This document shows positions 1 through 19,256 of a stretch of DNA of 64,000 bases, in pieces. The DNA is from the human T2T-CHM13v2.0 reference genome, Homo sapiens: assembly GCA_009914755.4 (NCBI GenBank), contig CP086569.2, positions 50,848,001 through 50,912,000 of the forward strand. The letters run 5' to 3'. The first letter of the stretch is position 1; each line of letters begins with the position of its first letter. Both the position numbers and the translations under genes were made by a program. Under the pieces are notes generated by a model. It was not told the DNA's origin, did not search any database, and saw nothing but the letters and a program-made list of their open reading frames with translations.

Positions 1-2002
1 ATAACTGCATATGGAAAATACAGAGGATAATTTTTTAAATAACATATTTTGAAAGCCTTAACTAGTAATTTGAAGAGTTGGCATTTGAAAGGCCAGTATG
101 AATATACCTTCAAAGCAGCAACACAGGTTCCCCATGAGAATAAGCAAACACAGGGGAAATAAAAACACAAAGGTTCAATCTCTTCTGACCTTTGAAAGAC
201 ACAGCACAGACAGTGGTCCTTAGGACGAAGAGCAGGAGACCCCTAATTCCGTCACCATGGCGATAGGGCATAAACATTGCTGGGTGAGGGCACAATCCAC
301 ATTGTGAGGTCCAACTGCTGCCAGGAAGACAGGAGTGCTTTTACATAGACCGAAAGGTCATTGAAGGCTCAGAGTTTTGTTTCAAGAACTGAATCCCAAG
401 CCCACACGTTATTAGGCTGCGCTTCTTAAAACAAGTTATGAGATGGGAAAAAGGGCACCCACAAACATACGTATACATTATGTATATAATAATATACAGT
501 ATCATATATATAATAAATATAACCTATGTATAATATTGTTTTACATCCTGCATCTTATGTTATATATATTGTATAAAATATAATAATTGATAATATATAA
601 GTTTTATAATTATACAATAAGACATACAGTATATATTATAATTTATGACATTTATAGTATATGTTATATATCATATATAGAATATATTATACGGTTAATA
701 TACGTATTAAACATAAATTATACATTATATATATTATATATAATATATCTGTTATATATAATACCCATTATGCATAATATATATATTATGTCTATGTTAT
801 ATATAGTATAAAACAACATATAATAATATATAATTGTATATATAAAATGCCACATATAATATATATTATATTTTCTAACATATGTAATATATATTATATA
901 TTATATATAATACGTTGTATGTATAATACCTATATTAAATATATGTTATATGACTATGTTATTAATTACATGTCACATGTGTTATATATTATATAGTTTA
1001 CATAGAATATACCGGTTACATACAATATATACTATGTTACGTATAATGTATAATTTATTACATGTAAAATAAAGAATGCAATATATTATGTATAATTTAT
1101 AATATACAATATGTGGAATGTGATATATATAACATATAATATATGATATATGATATACAGTATATGATATATAACATACAATATATGATTCCTAATATAT
1201 ATGGTATACAATATATATTTTATGATATGTATTCTATATGTTTTATATTCTGTTATATATAACTATTTGAAATTATATATAACTGTATAATATTTTATGT
1301 AAATATGTAATATAATATATATAACTATATAATATATTATATATAACTATATATTATGTTATATATTCTTTTATAACATAATTTACATAAAATATCATAA
1401 TATAATATATATTATATTATTTCATATTACATAATATATATTACATATCACCCAATATAACTATCATACATAATATTATAATATAGATTATATTATGTTA
1501 TGTTAAATATCATATATATCATGTATCATATATTCTATAATATATATTACACATTATATAATATGTATGTTGTCTATTATGTGATATATATAACTCTATA
1601 TATAATTATATTTTTATACATATAACTAGATAAACATGTAATTCTACATATTTTCATTTATAATATGTAGAATTATATAATCATATATAATTATTTATAT
1701 TCTATAAAAAATTTTATCATTATATAAATTATAATATATAAAAATTATAATATGTACTACAAATATATATACTATATATCATATATGATATAGTACCTTT
1801 GTTATATATCATAATACATATAAATGTGTATTATGTTATCTATAATTATATAATTTCATATATAAGATGTATAATATGTATCATATATTATATATGTTAT
1901 GTAATATATATAGAATATATAAGATGACACAGGATAAATATTATATACTATGACATATAAAATATATGAGGTTATATGTTACATATAAGGCATAGCACAT
2001 AA

Positions 2003-2323
<321 letters not shown>

Positions 2324-2884
2324 ATATTTTTTAAATGAAAAAAAATTTCAAAGGTACTCTGCTTGGTACAATAATCAAATGCATAAACTCAGGAATAAAA
2401 CATAACCATGAAACCTACTTATAACTGCATATGGAAAATACAGAGGATAATTTTTTAAATAACATATTTTGAAAGCCTTAACTAGTAATTTGAAGAGTTG
2501 GCATTTGAAAGGCCAGTATGAATATACCTTCAAAGCAGCAACACAGGTTCCCCATGAGAAAAAGCAAACACAGGGAAAATAAAACCACAAAGGTTCAATC
2601 TCTTCTGACCTTTGAAAGACACAGCACAGACAGTGGTCCTTAGGACGAAGAGCAGGAGACCCCTAATTCCGTCACCATGGCGATAGGGCATAAACATTGC
2701 TGGGTGAGGGCACAATCCACATTGTGAGGTCCAACTGCTGCCAGGAAGACAGGAGTGCTTTTACATAGACCGAAAGGTCATTGAAGGCTCAGAGTTTTGT
2801 TTCAAGAACTGAATCCCAAGCCCACACGTTATTAGGCTGCGCTTCTTAAAACAAGTTATGAGATGGGAAAAAGGGCACCCACAA
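2324..2884. repeat. Representative DYZ2 unit, GC-normal 'unique' segment of about 560–575 bp (shown for unit 2; the same segment occurs in every unit)
   Basis: The non-AT-rich sequence 'atattttttaaatgaaaaaaaatttcaaagg...gggaaaaagggcacccacaaacatac' lies between the Alu 5' end and the AT-rich segment. It contains the recurring 61-aa pseudo-ORF. CpG content is low. Confidence 0.8.
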
Positions 2885-4438
2885 ACATACGTATACATTA
2901 TGTATATAATAATATACAGTATCATATATATAATATATATAACCTATGTATAATATTGTTTTACATCCTGCATCTTATGTTATATATATTGTATAAAATA
3001 TAATAATTGATAATATATAAGTTTTATAATTATACAATACGACATATAGTATATATTATAATTTATGACATATATAATATATGTTATATATCATATATAG
3101 AATATATTATACGGTTAATATACGTATTAAATATAAATTATACATTATATATATTATATATAATATATCTGTTATATATAATACCCATTATGCATAATAT
3201 ATATATTATGTCTATGTTATATATAGTATAAAACAACATATAATAATATATAATTGTATATATAAAATGCGACATATAATATATATTATATTTTATAACA
3301 TATGTAATATATATTATATATAATACGTTGTATGTATAATACCTATATTAAATATATATTATATGACTATGTTATTAATTACATGTCACATGTGTTATAT
3401 ATTATATATTTTACATAGAATATACCGGTTATATACAATATATACTATGTTACCTATAATGTATAATTTATTACATGTAAAATAAAGAATGCAATATATT
3501 ATGTATAATTTATAATATACAATATGTGGAATGTGATATATATTACATATAATATATGATATATGATATACAGTATATGATATATAACATACAATATATG
3601 ATACCTAGTATATATGGTATACAATATATATTTTATGATATGTATTCTATATGTTATATATTCTGTTATATATAACTGTTTGAAATTATATATAACTGTA
3701 TAATATTTTATGTAAATATGTAATATAATATATATAACTATATAATATATTATATATAACTATATATTATGTTATATATACTTTTATATCATAATTTACA
3801 TAAAATGTCATAATATAATATATAATATATTATTTCATATTACATAATATATATTACATATCACCCAATATAAGTAACATACATAATATTATAATATAGA
3901 TTATATTATGTTATGTTAAATATCATATATATCATGTATCATATATTCTATAATATATATTATATATTATATAATATGTATGTTGTCTATTATGTGATAT
4001 ATATAAGTATATATAATTATATTATTATACATATAACTAGATAAACATGTAATTCTACATATTTTCATTTATAATATATAGAATTATATAATCATATATA
4101 ATTATTTATATTCTATAAAAAATTATATCATTATATAAATTATAATATATAAAAATTATAATATGTACTACAAATATATATATATTATATATCATATATG
4201 ATATAGTACCTTTGTTATATATCATAATACATATAAATGTGTATTATGTTATCTATAATTATATAATTTCATATATAAGATGTATAATATGTATCATATA
4301 TTATATATGTTATGTAATATATATAGTATATATAAGCTGACACAGGATAAATATTATATACTATGACATATAAAATATATGAGGTTATATGTTACATAGA
4401 AGGCATAGCACATAACATGTAATATATATCATATATAA
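2885..4438. repeat. Representative DYZ2 unit, ~1.55-kb segment that is >90% A+T and low in complexity (TA/TATAA-rich, HSat1-like)
   Basis: The run 'gtatacattatgtatataataatatacagtatcatatatat...' continues to the Alu poly-T. I could establish no clean short period. There are degenerate internal sub-repeats of about 225 bp. Confidence 0.8.
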
Positions 4439-4736
<298 letters not shown>

Positions 4737-6835
4737 ATATTTTTTAAATGAAAAAAAATTTCAAAGGTACTCTGCTTGGTACAATAATCAAATGTATAAA
4801 CTGAGGAATAAAACATAACCATGAAACCTACTTATAACTGCATATGGAAAATACAGAGGATAATTTTTTAAATAACATATTTTGAAAGCCTTAACTAGTA
4901 ATTTGAAGAGTTGGCATTTGAAAGGCCAGTATGAATATACCTTCAAAGCAGCAACACAGGTTCCCCATGAGAAAAAGCAAAGACAGGGAAAATAAAACCA
5001 CAAACGTTCAATCTCTTCTGACCTTTGAAAGACACAGCACAGACAGTGGTCCTTAGGACGAAGAGCAGGAGACCCCTAATTCCGTCACCATGGCGATAGG
5101 GCATAAACATTGCTGGGTGAGGGCACAATCCACATTGTGAGGTCCAACTGCTGCCAGGAAGACAGGAGTGCTTTTACATAGACCGAAAGGTCATTGAAGG
5201 CTCAGAGTTTTGTTTCAAGAACTGAATCCCAAGCCCACACGTTATTAGGCTGCGCTTCCTAAAACAAGTTATGAGATGGGAAAAAGGGCACCCACAAACA
5301 TACGTATACATTATGTATATAATAATATACAGTATCATATATATAATATATATAACCTATGTATAATATTGTTTTACATCCTGCATCTTATATTATATAT
5401 ATTGTATAAAATATAATAATTGATAACATATAAGTTTTATATTTATACAAAATGACATATAGTATATATTATAATTTATGACATATATAATATGTGTTAT
5501 ATAACATATATAGAATATATTATACGGTTAATATACGTATTAAATATAAATTATACATTATATATATTATATATAATATATCTGTTATATATAATACCCA
5601 TTATGAATAATATATATATTATGTGTATGTTATATATAGTATAAAACAACACATAATAATATATAATTGTATATATAAAATGCGACATATAATATATATT
5701 ATATTTTATGACATATGTAGTATATATTATATATTATATATAATACCTTGTATGTATAATACCTATATTAAATATATATTATATGACTATGTAATTAATT
5801 ACATGTCACATATGATATATATTATATATTTTACATAGAATATACCGGTTACATACAATATATACTATGTTACCTATAATGTATAATTTATTACATGTAA
5901 AATAAAGAATGCAATATATTATGTAAAATTTATAATATAAAATATGTGGAATGTGATATATATAACACATAATATATGATATATGATATACAGAATATGA
6001 TATATAACATACAATATATGATACCTAATATATATGGTATACATTATATATTTTATGATATGTATTCTATATGTTTTATATTCTGTTATATATAACTATT
6101 TGAAATTATATATAACTGTATAATATTTTATGTAAATATGTAATATAATATATATAACTATATAATATATTATATATAACTATATATTATGTTATATATA
6201 CTTTTATAACATAATTTACATAAAATATCATAATATAATATATATTATATTATTTCATATTACATAATATATATTACATATCACCCAATATAAGTAACAT
6301 ACATAATATTAAATTATATATTATATTACGTTATATTAAATATCATATATATCATGTATCATATAGTATATAATATATATTCTACATTATATAATATGTA
6401 TGTTGTCTATTACGTGATATCTATAACTGTATATATAATTACATTATTATACATATAACTAGATAAACATGTAATTCTACATATTTTCATTTATAATATA
6501 TAGAATTATATAATCATATATAATTATTTATATTCTATAAAAAATTATATCATTATATAAATTATAATATATAAAAATTATAACATGTACTACAAATATA
6601 TATATTATATATCATATATGATATAGTACCTTTGTTATATATCATAATACATATAAATGTGTATTATGTTATCTATAATTATATAATTTCATATATAAGA
6701 TGTATAATATGTATTATATATTATATATGTTATGTAATATATATAGTATATATAAGATGACACAGGATAAATATTATATACTATGACATATAAAATATAT
6801 GAGGTTATATGTTACATATAAGGCATAGCACATAA

Positions 6836-7156
<321 letters not shown>

Positions 7157-9278
7157 ATATTTTTTAAAAGAAAAAAAATTTCAAAGGTACTCTGCTTGGT
7201 ACAATAATCAAATGTATAAACTGAGGAATAAAACATAACCATGAAACCTACTTATAACTGTATACGGAAAATACAGAGGATAATTTTTTAAATAACATAT
7301 TTTGAAAGCCTTAACTAGTAATTTGAAGAGTTGGCATTTGAAAGGCCAGTATGAATATACCTTCAAAGCAGCAACACAGGTTCCCCATGAGAAAAAGCAA
7401 ATTCAGGGAAAATAAAACCACAAAGGTTCAATCTCTTCTGACCTTTGAAAGACACAGCACAGACAGTGGTCCTTAGGACGAAGAGCAGGAGACCCCTAAT
7501 TCCGTCACCATGGCGATAGGGCATAAACATTGCTGGGTGAGGGCACAATCCACATTGTGAGGTCCAACTGCTGCCAGGAAGACAGGAGTGCTTTTACATA
7601 GACCGAAAGGTCATTGAAGGCTCAGAGTTTTGTTTCAAGAACTGAATCCCAAGCCCACACGTTATTAGGCTGCGCTTCTTAAAACAAGTTATGAGATGGG
7701 AAAAAGGGCACCCACAAACATATGTATACATTATGTATATAATAATATACAGTATCATATATAAAATATGTATAACCTATGTATAATATTGTTATACATC
7801 CTGCATCTTATATTATATATATTGTATAAAATATAATAATTGATAATATATAAGTTTTATATTTATACAATATGACATATAGTATATATTATAATTTATG
7901 ACATATATAATATATGTTATATATCATATATAGAATATATTATACGGTTAATATACGTATTAAATATAAATTATACTTTATATATATTATATATAATATA
8001 TCTGTTATATAAAATACCCATTATGCATAATATATATGTTATGTCTATGTTATATATAGTATAAAACAACATATAATAATATATAATTGTATATATAAAA
8101 TGCGACATATAATATATATTATATTTTGTGACATATGTAATATATATTATATATTATATATAATACGTTGTATGTATAATACCTATATTAAATATATATT
8201 ATATGACTATGTTATTAATTACATGTCACATATGTTATATATTATATATTTTACATAGAATATACCGGTTACATACAATATATACTATGTTACCTATAAT
8301 GTATAATTGATTACATGTAAAATAAAGAATGCAATATATTATGTATAATTTATAATATACAATATGTGGAATGTGATATATATAACATATAATGTATGAT
8401 ATAAGATATACAGTATATGATATATAATATACAATATATGATACCTAATATATATGGTATACAATTTATATTTTATGATATGTATTCTATATGTTTTATA
8501 TTCTGTTATATATAACTATTTGAAATTATATATAACTGTATAATATTTTATGTAAATATGTAATATAATATTTATAACCATATAATATATTATATATAAC
8601 TATATATTATGTTATATATACTTTTATAACATAATTTACATAAAATATCATAATATAATATATATTATATTATTTCATATTACATAATATATATTACATA
8701 TCACCCAATATAATTAACATACATAATATTATAATATAGATTATATTATGTTATATTAAATATCATATATATCATGTATCATATATTCTATAATATATAT
8801 TATACATTATATAATATGTATGTTGTCTATTATGTGATTTATATAACTATATATATAATTATATTATTATACATATAACTAGATAAACATGTAATTCGAC
8901 ATATTTTCATTTATAATATATAGAATTATATAATCATATATAATTATTTATATTCTATAAAAAATTATATCATTATAAAAATTATAATATATAAAAATTA
9001 TAACATGTACTACAAATATATATATTATATATCATATATGATATAGCACCTTTGTTATATATCATAATACATACAAATGTGTATTATGTTATCTATAATT
9101 GTAAAATTTCATATATAAGATGTATAATGTGTATTATATATTATATATGTTATGTAATATATGTAGTATATATAAGATGACACAGGATAAATATTATATA
9201 CTATGACATATAAAATATATGAGGTTATATGTTACGTATAAGGCATAGCACATAACACGTAATATATATCATATATAA

Positions 9279-9576
<298 letters not shown>

Positions 9577-11698
9577 ATATTTTTTAAAAGAAAAAAAATT
9601 TCAAAGGTACTCTGCTTGGTACAATAATCAAATGTATAAACTGAGGAATAAAACATAACCATGAAACCTACTTATAACTGTATACGGAAAATACAGAGGA
9701 TAATTTTTTAAATAACATATTTTGAAAGCCTTAACTAGTAATTTGAAGAGTTGGCATTTGAAAGGCCAGTATGAATATACCTTCAAAGCAGCAACACAGG
9801 TTCCCCATGAGAAAAAGCAAACTCAGGGAAAATAAAACCACAAAGGTTCAATCTCTTCTGACCTTTGAAAGACACAGCACAGACAGTGGTCCTTAGGACG
9901 AAGAGCAGGAGACCCCTAATTCCGTCACCATGGCGATAGGGCATAAACATTGCTGGGTGAGGGCACAATCCACATTGTGAGGTCCAACTGCTGCCAGGAA
10001 GACAGGAGTGCTTTTACATAGACCGAAAGGTCATTGAAGGCTCAGAGTTTTGTTTCAAGAACTGAATCCCAAGCCCACACGTTATTAGGCTGCGCTTCTT
10101 AAAACAAGTTATGAGATGGGAAAAAGGGCACCCACAAACATACGTATACATTATGTATATAATAATATACAGTATCATATATATAATATATATAACCTAT
10201 GTATAATATTGTTTTACATCCTGCATCTTATAATATATATATTGTATAAAATATAATAATTGATAATATATAAGTTTTATATTTATACAATATGACATAT
10301 AGTATATATTATAATTTATGACATATATAATATATGTTATATATCATATATAGAATATATTATACGGTTAATATACGTATTAAATATAAATTATACTTTA
10401 TATATATTATATATAATATATCTGTTATATAAAATACCCATTATGCATAATATATATGTTATGTCTATGTTATATATAGTATAAAACAACATATAATAAT
10501 ATATAATTGTATATATAAAATGCGACATATAATATATATTATATTTTGTGACATATGTAATATATATTATATATTATATATAATACGTTGTATGTATAAT
10601 ACCTATATTAAATATATATTATATGACTATGTTATTAATTACATGTCACATATGTTATATATTATATATTTTACATAGAATATACCGGTTACATACAATA
10701 TATACTATGTTACCTATAATGTATAATTGATTACATGTAAAATAAAGAATGCAATATATTATGTATAATTTATAATATACAATATGTGGAATGTGATATA
10801 TATAACATATAATGTATGATATAAGATATACAGTATATGATATATAATATACAATATATGATACCTAATATATATGGTATACAATTTATATTTTATGATA
10901 TGTATTCTATATGTTTTATATTCTGTTATATATAACTATTTGAAATTATATATAACTGTATAATATTTTATGTAAATATGTAATATAATATTTATAACCA
11001 TATAATATATTATATATAACTATATATTATGTTATATATACTTTTATAACATAATTTACATAAAATATCATAATATAATATATATTATATTATTTCATAT
11101 TACATAATATATATTACATATCACCCAATATAATTAACATACATAATATTATAATATAGATTATATTATGTTATATTAAATATCATATATATCATGTATC
11201 ATATATTCTATAATATATATTATACATTATATAATATGTATGTTGTCTATTATGTGATTTATATAACTATATATATAATTATATTATTATACATATAACT
11301 AGATAAACATGTAATTCGACATATTTTCATTTATAATATATAGAATTATATAATCATATATAATTATTTATATTCTATAAAAAATTATATCATTATAAAA
11401 ATTATAATATATAAAAATTATAACATGTACTACAAATATATATATTATATATCATATATGATATAGCACCTTTGTTATATATCATAATACATACAAATGT
11501 GTATTATGTTATCTATAATTGTAAAATTTCATATATAAGATGTATAATGTGTATTATATATTATATATGTTATGTAATATATGTAGTATATATAAGATGA
11601 CACAGGATAAATATTATATACTATGACATATAAAATATATGAGGTTATATGTTACGTATAAGGCATAGCACATAACACGTAATATATATCATATATAA

Positions 11699-11996
<298 letters not shown>

Positions 11997-14118
11997 ATAT
12001 TTTTTAAAAGAAAAAAAATTTCAAAGGTACTCTGCTTGGTACAATAATCAAATGTATAAACTGAGGAATAAAACATAACCATGAAACCTACTTATAACTG
12101 TATACGGAAAATACAGAGGATAATTTTTTAAATAACATATTTTGAAAGCCTTAACTAGTAATTTGAAGAGTTGGCATTTGAAAGGCCAGTATGAATATAC
12201 CTTCAAAGCAGCAACACAGGTTCCCCATGAGAAAAAGCAAACTCAGGGAAAATAAAACCACAAAGGTTCAATCTCTTCTGACCTTTGAAAGACACAGCAC
12301 AGACAGTGGTCCTTAGGACGAAGAGCAGGAGACCCCTAATTCCGTCACCATGGCGATAGGGCATAAACATTGCTGGGTGAGGGCACAATCCACATTGTGA
12401 GGTCCAACTGCTGCCAGGAAGACAGGAGTGCTTTTACATAGACCGAAAGGTCATTGAAGGCTCAGAGTTTTGTTTCAAGAACTGAATCCCAAGCCCACAC
12501 GTTATTAGGCTGCGCTTCTTAAAACAAGTTATGAGATGGGAAAAAGGGCACCCACAAACATACGTATACATTATGTATATAATAATATACAGTATCATAT
12601 ATATAATATATATAACCTATGTATAATATTGTTTTACATCCTGCATCTTATAATATATATATTGTATAAAATATAATAATTGATAATATATAAGTTTTAT
12701 ATTTATACAATATGACATATAGTATATATTATAATTTATGACATATATAATATATGTTATATATCATATATAGAATATATTATACGGTTAATATACGTAT
12801 TAAATATAAATTATACTTTATATATATTATATATAATATATCTGTTATATAAAATACCCATTATGCATAATATATATGTTATGTCTATGTTATATATAGT
12901 ATAAAACAACATATAATAATATATAATTGTATATATAAAATGCGACATATAATATATATTATATTTTGTGACATATGTAATATATATTATATATTATATA
13001 TAATACGTTGTATGTATAATACCTATATTAAATATATATTATATGACTATGTTATTAATTACATGTCACATATGTTATATATTATATATTTTACATAGAA
13101 TATACCGGTTACATACAATATATACTATGTTACCTATAATGTATAATTGATTACATGTAAAATAAAGAATGCAATATATTATGTATAATTTATAATATAC
13201 AATATGTGGAATGTGATATATATAACATATAATGTATGATATAAGATATACAGTATATGATATATAATATACAATATATGATACCTAATATATATGGTAT
13301 ACAATTTATATTTTATGATATGTATTCTATATGTTTTATATTCTGTTATATATAACTATTTGAAATTATATATAACTGTATAATATTTTATGTAAATATG
13401 TAATATAATATTTATAACCATATAATATATTATATATAACTATATATTATGTTATATATACTTTTATAACATAATTTACATAAAATATCATAATATAATA
13501 TATATTATATTATTTCATATTACATAATATATATTACATATCACCCAATATAATTAACATACATAATATTATAATATAGATTATATTATGTTATATTAAA
13601 TATCATATATATCATGTATCATATATTCTATAATATATATTATACATTATATAATATGTATGTTGTCTATTATGTGATTTATATAACTATATATATAATT
13701 ATATTATTATACATATAACTAGATAAACATGTAATTCGACATATTTTCATTTATAATATATAGAATTATATAATCATATATAATTATTTATATTCTATAA
13801 AAAATTATATCATTATAAAAATTATAATATATAAAAATTATAACATGTACTACAAATATATATATTATATATCATATATGATATAGCACCTTTGTTATAT
13901 ATCATAATACATACAAATGTGTATTATGTTATCTATAATTGTAAAATTTCATATATAAGATGTATAATGTGTATTATATATTATATATGTTATGTAATAT
14001 ATGTAGTATATATAAGATGACACAGGATAAATATTATATACTATGACATATAAAATATATGAGGTTATATGTTACGTATAAGGCATAGCACATAACACGT
14101 AATATATATCATATATAA

Positions 14119-14416
<298 letters not shown>

Positions 14417-16538
14417 ATATTTTTTAAAAGAAAAAAAATTTCAAAGGTACTCTGCTTGGTACAATAATCAAATGTATAAACTGAGGAATAAAACATAACC
14501 ATGAAACCTACTTATAACTGTATACGGAAAATACAGAGGATAATTTTTTAAATAACATATTTTGAAAGCCTTAACTAGTAATTTGAAGAGTTGGCATTTG
14601 AAAGGCCAGTATGAATATACCTTCAAAGCAGCAACACAGGTTCCCCATGAGAAAAAGCAAACTCAGGGAAAATAAAACCACAAAGGTTCAATCTCTTCTG
14701 ACCTTTGAAAGACACAGCACAGACAGTGGTCCTTAGGACGAAGAGCAGGAGACCCCTAATTCCGTCACCATGGCGATAGGGCATAAACATTGCTGGGTGA
14801 GGGCACAATCCACATTGTGAGGTCCAACTGCTGCCAGGAAGACAGGAGTGCTTTTACATAGACCGAAAGGTCATTGAAGGCTCAGAGTTTTGTTTCAAGA
14901 ACTGAATCCCAAGCCCACACGTTATTAGGCTGCGCTTCTTAAAACAAGTTATGAGATGGGAAAAAGGGCACCCACAAACATACGTATACATTATGTATAT
15001 AATAATATACAGTATCATATATATAATATATATAACCTATGTATAATATTGTTTTACATCCTGCATCTTATAATATATATATTGTATAAAATATAATAAT
15101 TGATAATATATAAGTTTTATATTTATACAATATGACATATAGTATATATTATAATTTATGACATATATAATATATGTTATATATCATATATAGAATATAT
15201 TATACGGTTAATATACGTATTAAATATAAATTATACTTTATATATATTATATATAATATATCTGTTATATAAAATACCCATTATGCATAATATATATGTT
15301 ATGTCTATGTTATATATAGTATAAAACAACATATAATAATATATAATTGTATATATAAAATGCGACATATAATATATATTATATTTTGTGACATATGTAA
15401 TATATATTATATATTATATATAATACGTTGTATGTATAATACCTATATTAAATATATATTATATGACTATGTTATTAATTACATGTCACATATGTTATAT
15501 ATTATATATTTTACATAGAATATACCGGTTACATACAATATATACTATGTTACCTATAATGTATAATTGATTACATGTAAAATAAAGAATGCAATATATT
15601 ATGTATAATTTATAATATACAATATGTGGAATGTGATATATATAACATATAATGTATGATATAAGATATACAGTATATGATATATAATATACAATATATG
15701 ATACCTAATATATATGGTATACAATTTATATTTTATGATATGTATTCTATATGTTTTATATTCTGTTATATATAACTATTTGAAATTATATATAACTGTA
15801 TAATATTTTATGTAAATATGTAATATAATATTTATAACCATATAATATATTATATATAACTATATATTATGTTATATATACTTTTATAACATAATTTACA
15901 TAAAATATCATAATATAATATATATTATATTATTTCATATTACATAATATATATTACATATCACCCAATATAATTAACATACATAATATTATAATATAGA
16001 TTATATTATGTTATATTAAATATCATATATATCATGTATCATATATTCTATAATATATATTATACATTATATAATATGTATGTTGTCTATTATGTGATTT
16101 ATATAACTATATATATAATTATATTATTATACATATAACTAGATAAACATGTAATTCGACATATTTTCATTTATAATATATAGAATTATATAATCATATA
16201 TAATTATTTATATTCTATAAAAAATTATATCATTATAAAAATTATAATATATAAAAATTATAACATGTACTACAAATATATATATTATATATCATATATG
16301 ATATAGCACCTTTGTTATATATCATAATACATACAAATGTGTATTATGTTATCTATAATTGTAAAATTTCATATATAAGATGTATAATGTGTATTATATA
16401 TTATATATGTTATGTAATATATGTAGTATATATAAGATGACACAGGATAAATATTATATACTATGACATATAAAATATATGAGGTTATATGTTACGTATA
16501 AGGCATAGCACATAACACGTAATATATATCATATATAA

Positions 16539-16836
<298 letters not shown>

Positions 16837-18958
16837 ATATTTTTTAAAAGAAAAAAAATTTCAAAGGTACTCTGCTTGGTACAATAATCAAATGTATAAA
16901 CTGAGGAATAAAACATAACCATGAAACCTACTTATAACTGTATACGGAAAATACAGAGGATAATTTTTTAAATAACATATTTTGAAAGCCTTAACTAGTA
17001 ATTTGAAGAGTTGGCATTTGAAAGGCCAGTATGAATATACCTTCAAAGCAGCAACACAGGTTCCCCATGAGAAAAAGCAAACTCAGGGAAAATAAAACCA
17101 CAAAGGTTCCATCTCTTCTGACCTTTGAAAGACACAGCACAGACAGTGGTCCTTAGGACGAAGAGCAGGAGACCCCTAATTCCGTCACCATGGCGATAGG
17201 GCATAAACATTGCTGGGTGAGGGCACAATCCACATTGTGAGGTCCAACTGCTGCCAGGAAGACAGGAGTGCTTTTACATAGACCGAAAGGTCATTGAAGG
17301 CTCAGAGTTTTGTTTCAAGAACTGAATCCCAAGCCCACACGTTATTAGGCTGCGCTTCTTAAAACAAGTTATGAGATGGGAAAAAGGGCACCCACAAACA
17401 TACGTATACATTATGTATATAATAATATACAGTATCATATATATAATATATATAACCTATGTATAATATTGTTTTACATCCTGCATCTTATAATATATAT
17501 ATTGTATAAAATATAATAATTGATAATATATAAGTTTTATATTTATACAATATGACATATAGTATATATTATAATTTATGACATATATAATATATGTTAT
17601 ATATCATATATAGAATATATTATACGGTTAATATACGTATTAAATATAAATTATACTTTATATATATTATATATAATATATCTGTTATATAAAATACCCA
17701 TTATGCATAATATATATGTTATGTCTATGTTATATATAGTATAAAACAACATATAATAATATATAATTGTATATATAAAATGCGACATATAATATATATT
17801 ATATTTTGTGACATATGTAATATATATTATATATTATATATAATACGTTGTATGTATAATACCTATATTAAATATATATTATATGACTATGTTATTAATT
17901 ACATGTCACATATGTTATATATTATATATTTTACATAGAATATACCGGTTACATACAATATATACTATGTTACCTATAATGTATAATTGATTACATGTAA
18001 AATAAAGAATGCAATATATTATGTATAATTTATAATATACAATATGTGGAATGTGATATATATAACATATAATGTATGATATAAGATATACAGTATATGA
18101 TATATAATATACAATATATGATACCTAATATATATGGTATACAATTTATATTTTATGATATGTATTCTATATGTTTTATATTCTGTTATATATAACTATT
18201 TGAAATTATATATAACTGTATAATATTTTATGTAAATATGTAATATAATATTTATAACCATATAATATATTATATATAACTATATATTATGTTATATATA
18301 CTTTTATAACATAATTTACATAAAATATCATAATATAATATATATTATATTATTTCATATTACATAATATATATTACATATCACCCAATATAATTAACAT
18401 ACATAATATTATAATATAGATTATATTATGTTATATTAAATATCATATATATCATGTATCATATATTCTATAATATATATTATACATTATATAATATGTA
18501 TGTTGTCTATTATGTGATTTATATAACTATATATATAATTATATTATTATACATATAACTAGATAAACATGTAATTCGACATATTTTCATTTATAATATA
18601 TAGAATTATATAATCATATATAATTATTTATATTCTATAAAAAATTATATCATTATAAAAATTATAATATATAAAAATTATAACATGTACTACAAATATA
18701 TATATTATATATCATATATGATATAGCACCTTTGTTATATATCATAATACATACAAATGTGTATTATGTTATCTATAATTGTAAAATTTCATATATAAGA
18801 TGTATAATGTGTATTATATATTATATATGTTATGTAATATATGTAGTATATATAAGATGACACAGGATAAATATTATATACTATGACATATAAAATATAT
18901 GAGGTTATATGTTACGTATAAGGCATAGCACATAACACGTAATATATATCATATATAA

Positions 18959-19256
<298 letters not shown>

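Noticed and set aside
110-295. A recurring 61-aa minus-strand ORF (MCPHPAMFMPYRHGDGIRGLLLFVL...) is present in all 20 units, which superficially resembles a conserved gene family.
   Set aside because: Its conservation is just tandem-repeat identity. In the diverged copy at 46012–46197, about 18 nucleotide changes give 13 amino-acid changes, roughly 72% nonsynonymous, which is the neutral expectation. There is no start or RBS/Kozak context of note. It lies in human satellite DNA.
587-811. ORFs of 60–80 aa rich in Y, I and N lie in the AT-rich segments (for example 587, 3007, 5623, 20200, 41713, 44286, 46588 and 48974).
   Set aside because: They are translations of TA-rich low-complexity DNA, where stop-free frames arise by chance. 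They have no coding signature.
2324-2884. A possible promoter or CpG island in the GC-normal unique segment of DYZ2.
   Set aside because: There are only about 7 CpGs in about 570 bp, with no TATA/Inr arrangement that I can support and no downstream ORF.
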